DNA of 64,000 nt from the human T2T-CHM13v2.0 reference genome, Homo sapiens, in the NCBI RefSeq assembly GCF_009914755.1, contig NC_060928.1; one strand, given 5' to 3'. Numbering within the stretch: the first letter of the stretch is position 1; the number at the start of each line of letters is the position of its first letter. The notes below the pieces were generated by a model, which was not told where the DNA came from, did no database searches, and was given only the letters and a program-made list of their open reading frames with translations. Below, piece by piece: positions 60,274-64,000 of the stretch. The translations under genes were made by a program, and so were the position numbers.

Positions 60274-63200
60274 GCTGAAGAAAACTATTTTTAAATAAAA
60301 AGTTTATTTTAAAAAACATTGTTATTTTTTCTAACACGTATTATTTAATTAGTCCTACTATTAATTACTACTAATTGCAACTGTTAACTACTAATATTGT
60401 TGTGTTGCTTAAATAATAACATTTATGTCACAGTAAATAATACAGAATATAATGTATAGCGAGAGAAGGGAGGAGGGGATCAATGTACAGTATTTACCGT
60501 GGCCAGGAGAGGAGGAATGGGGATGAACTAAAAAATCAAAAGGAGACCCAGAAACTACATAGATTTGTCAAAACAAGCAAACAAACAAAAAGACAATCCT
60601 GGCAGAAGCGTGGGAAGTAGAACACTATTGCTTAATATCTGCCAAGCCTGCAAAGGGTTCAGCACACATGGTTGCATGATGGGATTTTTTTGATCCCTTG
60701 AGGTTGATCTATGAAAAAACAGATGCTGCATTAGACTACTTTGCCATTTACAGGGCAGCATGGTACCTTATATTAAAGATGTCAGCTGCTTGGGGAGTCT
60801 TTGCAGAGGAGAGGATGGAGGACTGATACGTCCATAAAGCTGAGATTCTTTTCTGTTGAATTGTTTTAGAAATCACTAACTTAGTTCTTTCAAAATGCGA
60901 GTATTGCTTTCCTTCCCCTCATTCCGTCCTTTCTTAAAAATCTTGGCCCTAGTCTAGGTAGTTGGCCTGCTTTTGGGGTGGGAATAATGATATGTTTGAG
61001 AATTTTGAAATCCAGACCATGAAACAAAATGTTCTGTGGTTAAACCACAGTGCTAATGATACTGCTATCCAAACAACTACATATACCAACGTGTATTTTC
61101 GGGCTAGACATTGTTCTGCCATCTCTAGATTCCGATTTACAGTTGGAATAGTAAGCCTTGACAAACAGTAGGCAATGGATACATCCTTGGTAAGTATGTC
61201 CAAATAAGGAGAACTACTCTTGGGCAAGATTATGAAGAGGGCAATGTTTCCTTTCAGGCCCACCCAGTTCTCTTCTGCACGTCTCTGTTCTCTGCTTCCC
61301 TTCCCTTTCCTTCTATGGAGGAGGTGATAAGAGCTCTCGGCCTCCACCATCCTGGATTTGTTCCCCCTTCGGCTCCCTTCCCACTCACCTTTCCACTAGC
61401 TCCAAAATGATCACACTCTCCAACCCTCAGTATATTCTAGCTCAGCATGGCTGATCTGTACTAGGTGTTAGGATAGGGTAATATAGAACAGCAATCTTTG
61501 TTAAGATATGAATGACTGAAGATATTTACCTTTCAAATGAGATACTTTAAACCCAAATAAATCTGTAATTGGTGGAATTTCAGGCAATGACAAAAGGAAG
61601 AGAAATGAGGAAAATCCAGGGCCATCTTTGACATCACCACACATAGGCCACAACAAACTCGGTCTTCTTAAAGTCAGTTGTAGAATTACTCCTTGTCTTC
61701 AAGAGTAGAGAGGAAAGCAAGGGGAAACTCGTAAAGTCATGAGATACATCCCTTGGGATTGTGCCTCCTATCTCTCTTTAAGTCAACAATCATATATCTC
61801 TCTGGGCTATGTCCTTAGTGCATCTAGCATGGGTTTTCAATTGCACAAATTTGTGATAAAGGAAACACACACTTCAAGATACCTTTTCCCAGAAGTACTT
61901 CTTCTAAGATATCAGACCTTAGACCAGCAAGCTCACACCGACCTAGGAGTATAGGGCAGAGTTTTAAAATAAGCAAACCTAGACAAGATTGGTAACAAGG
62001 GATGATGATAATGATACATTTGTGGGTTCGGATTCTTAGGTGCCTGGGGGTGCCCTGATCAGAAGACTCTGAAAGAAGGAATAGTTCTTTAAGTCAAACC
62101 TGATGAATTTCTTGTATTAAACATCAGAAGTGGGTGAGAAATGGCAGCACTGAACAAACCAGGGAACTAAGAGGTTCTGCCACTGACTGTCTGTAATAGC
62201 AAAAGGTTGGGGAAAATTGAATGTCCATCCATGGGGAACTTGTTAAATGAATGATGATGTGTCCACATAATGAGATTCTAGGCAGCTATCAAACAAGATG
62301 AGAAAGCTATTTGCTGGTACAGGAATATACAGATTAAACACATAAAGGCGCTACTTTTGTGTAAGAAAAAGGAGAAACAATAATACACACATTCACATTT
62401 GCTGTATTTGCATAAATAAATAATAAAAATGCTTACTTGTACAGAGAAAATAGGAAGTGGAATGAGATAAATGGAAGAGGAGGGGAGCCAGACCCGTCAC
62501 GGTTTGATATTGTTTCGACTTTTGAGCCATGAAAATATATTACCTATTTCAAAAGGTTTTGCGATTTGATATTGAAGTATTGTCAAAGTGGTTTATTGAG
62601 CATTTAATATATAATTTTCCAGTGAAGTAGGCTGAGTTTGTATGATTGACCACATTGGATCCAGGAGGAAATAGGGCCTAGTGTGATTTAGATACAATCC
62701 CACCTCTGCTATTCTTTGATCCTGGGCAAGTTGCTTAACTTTTCTAACCCTATCTGTAAAATGGGAATAATCGTAGAAGTGAAACAATGAATGTGGAGTC
62801 AAGTGAGGACTCAGTAAGAGTTAACTATTATCATTATGATTATCATCTACCATAGCTGGTCAGTGGCTGGGATGCTAGACCCCAGGTCTCCTGACTCCTA
62901 GTCCAGTTTGTGTTTCACCAGAACATAGGCAGGAAAGCGCTTGTTGTGTCTGTTCAAATAGAGATTTCTTGGAAGAAACACACCTTCTAAGAGGTATGAG
63001 CAGGTTGGTATTAACAAAGAAAAGTCTGTGAAATGAAATGAATAGATAATTCCTTTAAAAGAAGTTCTCTCCTCTATTCAGCATAGCACTATAAAACTTA
63101 ACTGCAGTGGATGAATTAGTATTAGGGATTGATTTAAAATAATATAGGGGTAGAGAAAGTGGGTGGGGTATACATGAAACAAATTAGCCATGAGTTGACA

Positions 63201-63298
63201 ACTGTTGAAGCTGAATGATGGGTACATAGAGGTTTGCATACTGATTGTCAACTTTTATATATATTTAACATTTCCATAATAAAAAGTTAAATATATAT

Positions 63299-63843
63299 TG
63301 TAGCAGCTTAAACATGGCTACAAAATTCTCTGATACTCTTCCTGTTTGAGGGGTGAAGTCTATGTCACTTCCTCTTAATCCAGCAGGTTTTGGGACTGTT
63401 CTGACCAATAGAATGCAATGCAAGTGGCCCTGTGCCAGGCTCCCTTTAGGCCTTAAAGACTGGCAGCTTCTACCCTCATCTCTTGGAACACGGTCTGGAG
63501 TCCTGAGCCACCATGTAAGAAGTTTGACAACCCTGCTAGAGAGACCACAGAAAGGGGCTCTTGAGACTACACGGAGAGAAAAAGGGGCCTGGCTTCCCTG
63601 TTGTTCCTGCCAAGGAGGCACACATGTGAATAAAGCTTTCTTGGACCCTCCAACCTAGCCCCACCACCAGCTGAATTCCACAGAGTGACCTCATTGCTGT
63701 GATACAGAGCATAACAATTGTCCAGGAAAGCCCTGCCCAAGTTCTCAACCCACAGACAATAAATATGGGAAAATGATTGATGTTTAAGCCATCAAGTTTT
63801 GGGATAGTTTGTTACACAGCATTAGATAGATAACCAGAATACA
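63299..63843 (+). mobile_element. MLT1F/G-like LTR
   Basis: tgtagcagcttaaacatggctacaaaattc...tttaagccatcaagttttgggatagtttgttacacagcattagatagataaccagaataca. Confidence 0.8.
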
Positions 63844-64000
63844 CATGCTGCACACACACATGCACACACATATGTGCACACATACACACACCCACATACA
63901 CACAAACACATGTGCACACACATATGCATGTACACACACCAGACACACATGCATACACATACACACACATACACGTGTACACACACATACACATGTGCAC
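63844..64000. repeat. Imperfect (CA)/(TA) alternating purine-pyrimidine repeat
   Basis: Read directly; continues off the window edge. Confidence 0.9.

Noticed and set aside
60949-61350. 133-aa minus-strand ORF with a hydrophobic stretch
   Set aside because: No recognisable homology or exon context; length is compatible with chance.

Overview
Human/primate non-coding genomic DNA, rich in repeats (about 25 Alus, several L1/L2/MIR fragments, MaLR and ERV LTRs, DNA-transposon MITEs). I found no intact protein-coding ORF. Main landmarks: (1) a CpG-island promoter at ~20.5-21.6 kb with a likely non-coding first exon on the minus strand, so bases 1-21.1 kb are probably first intron; it resembles the TMEM150C 5' end from memory, which is unverified. 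(2) A solo HERV-H LTR7/LTR7B (18078-18539) inserted at the very 5' end of an Alu. (3) A short EED retrocopy (30408-31195) with spliced upstream exons that appears to run on into a U12-type (minor) intron 5' splice site; this is the most unusual feature. (4) A ~4.9 kb 5'-truncated PTPN11 processed pseudogene on the minus strand (35690-40611) carrying substitutions equivalent to R498W and Q510R. (5) A MER85 piggyBac MITE with an intact PGBD3 palindrome, a local inverted templated duplication, and a solo poly(A) insertion with an 18-bp TSD. Repeat subfamily names and parent-gene comparisons come from recalled consensus sequences, not from a search. Boundaries of old repeats are approximate.
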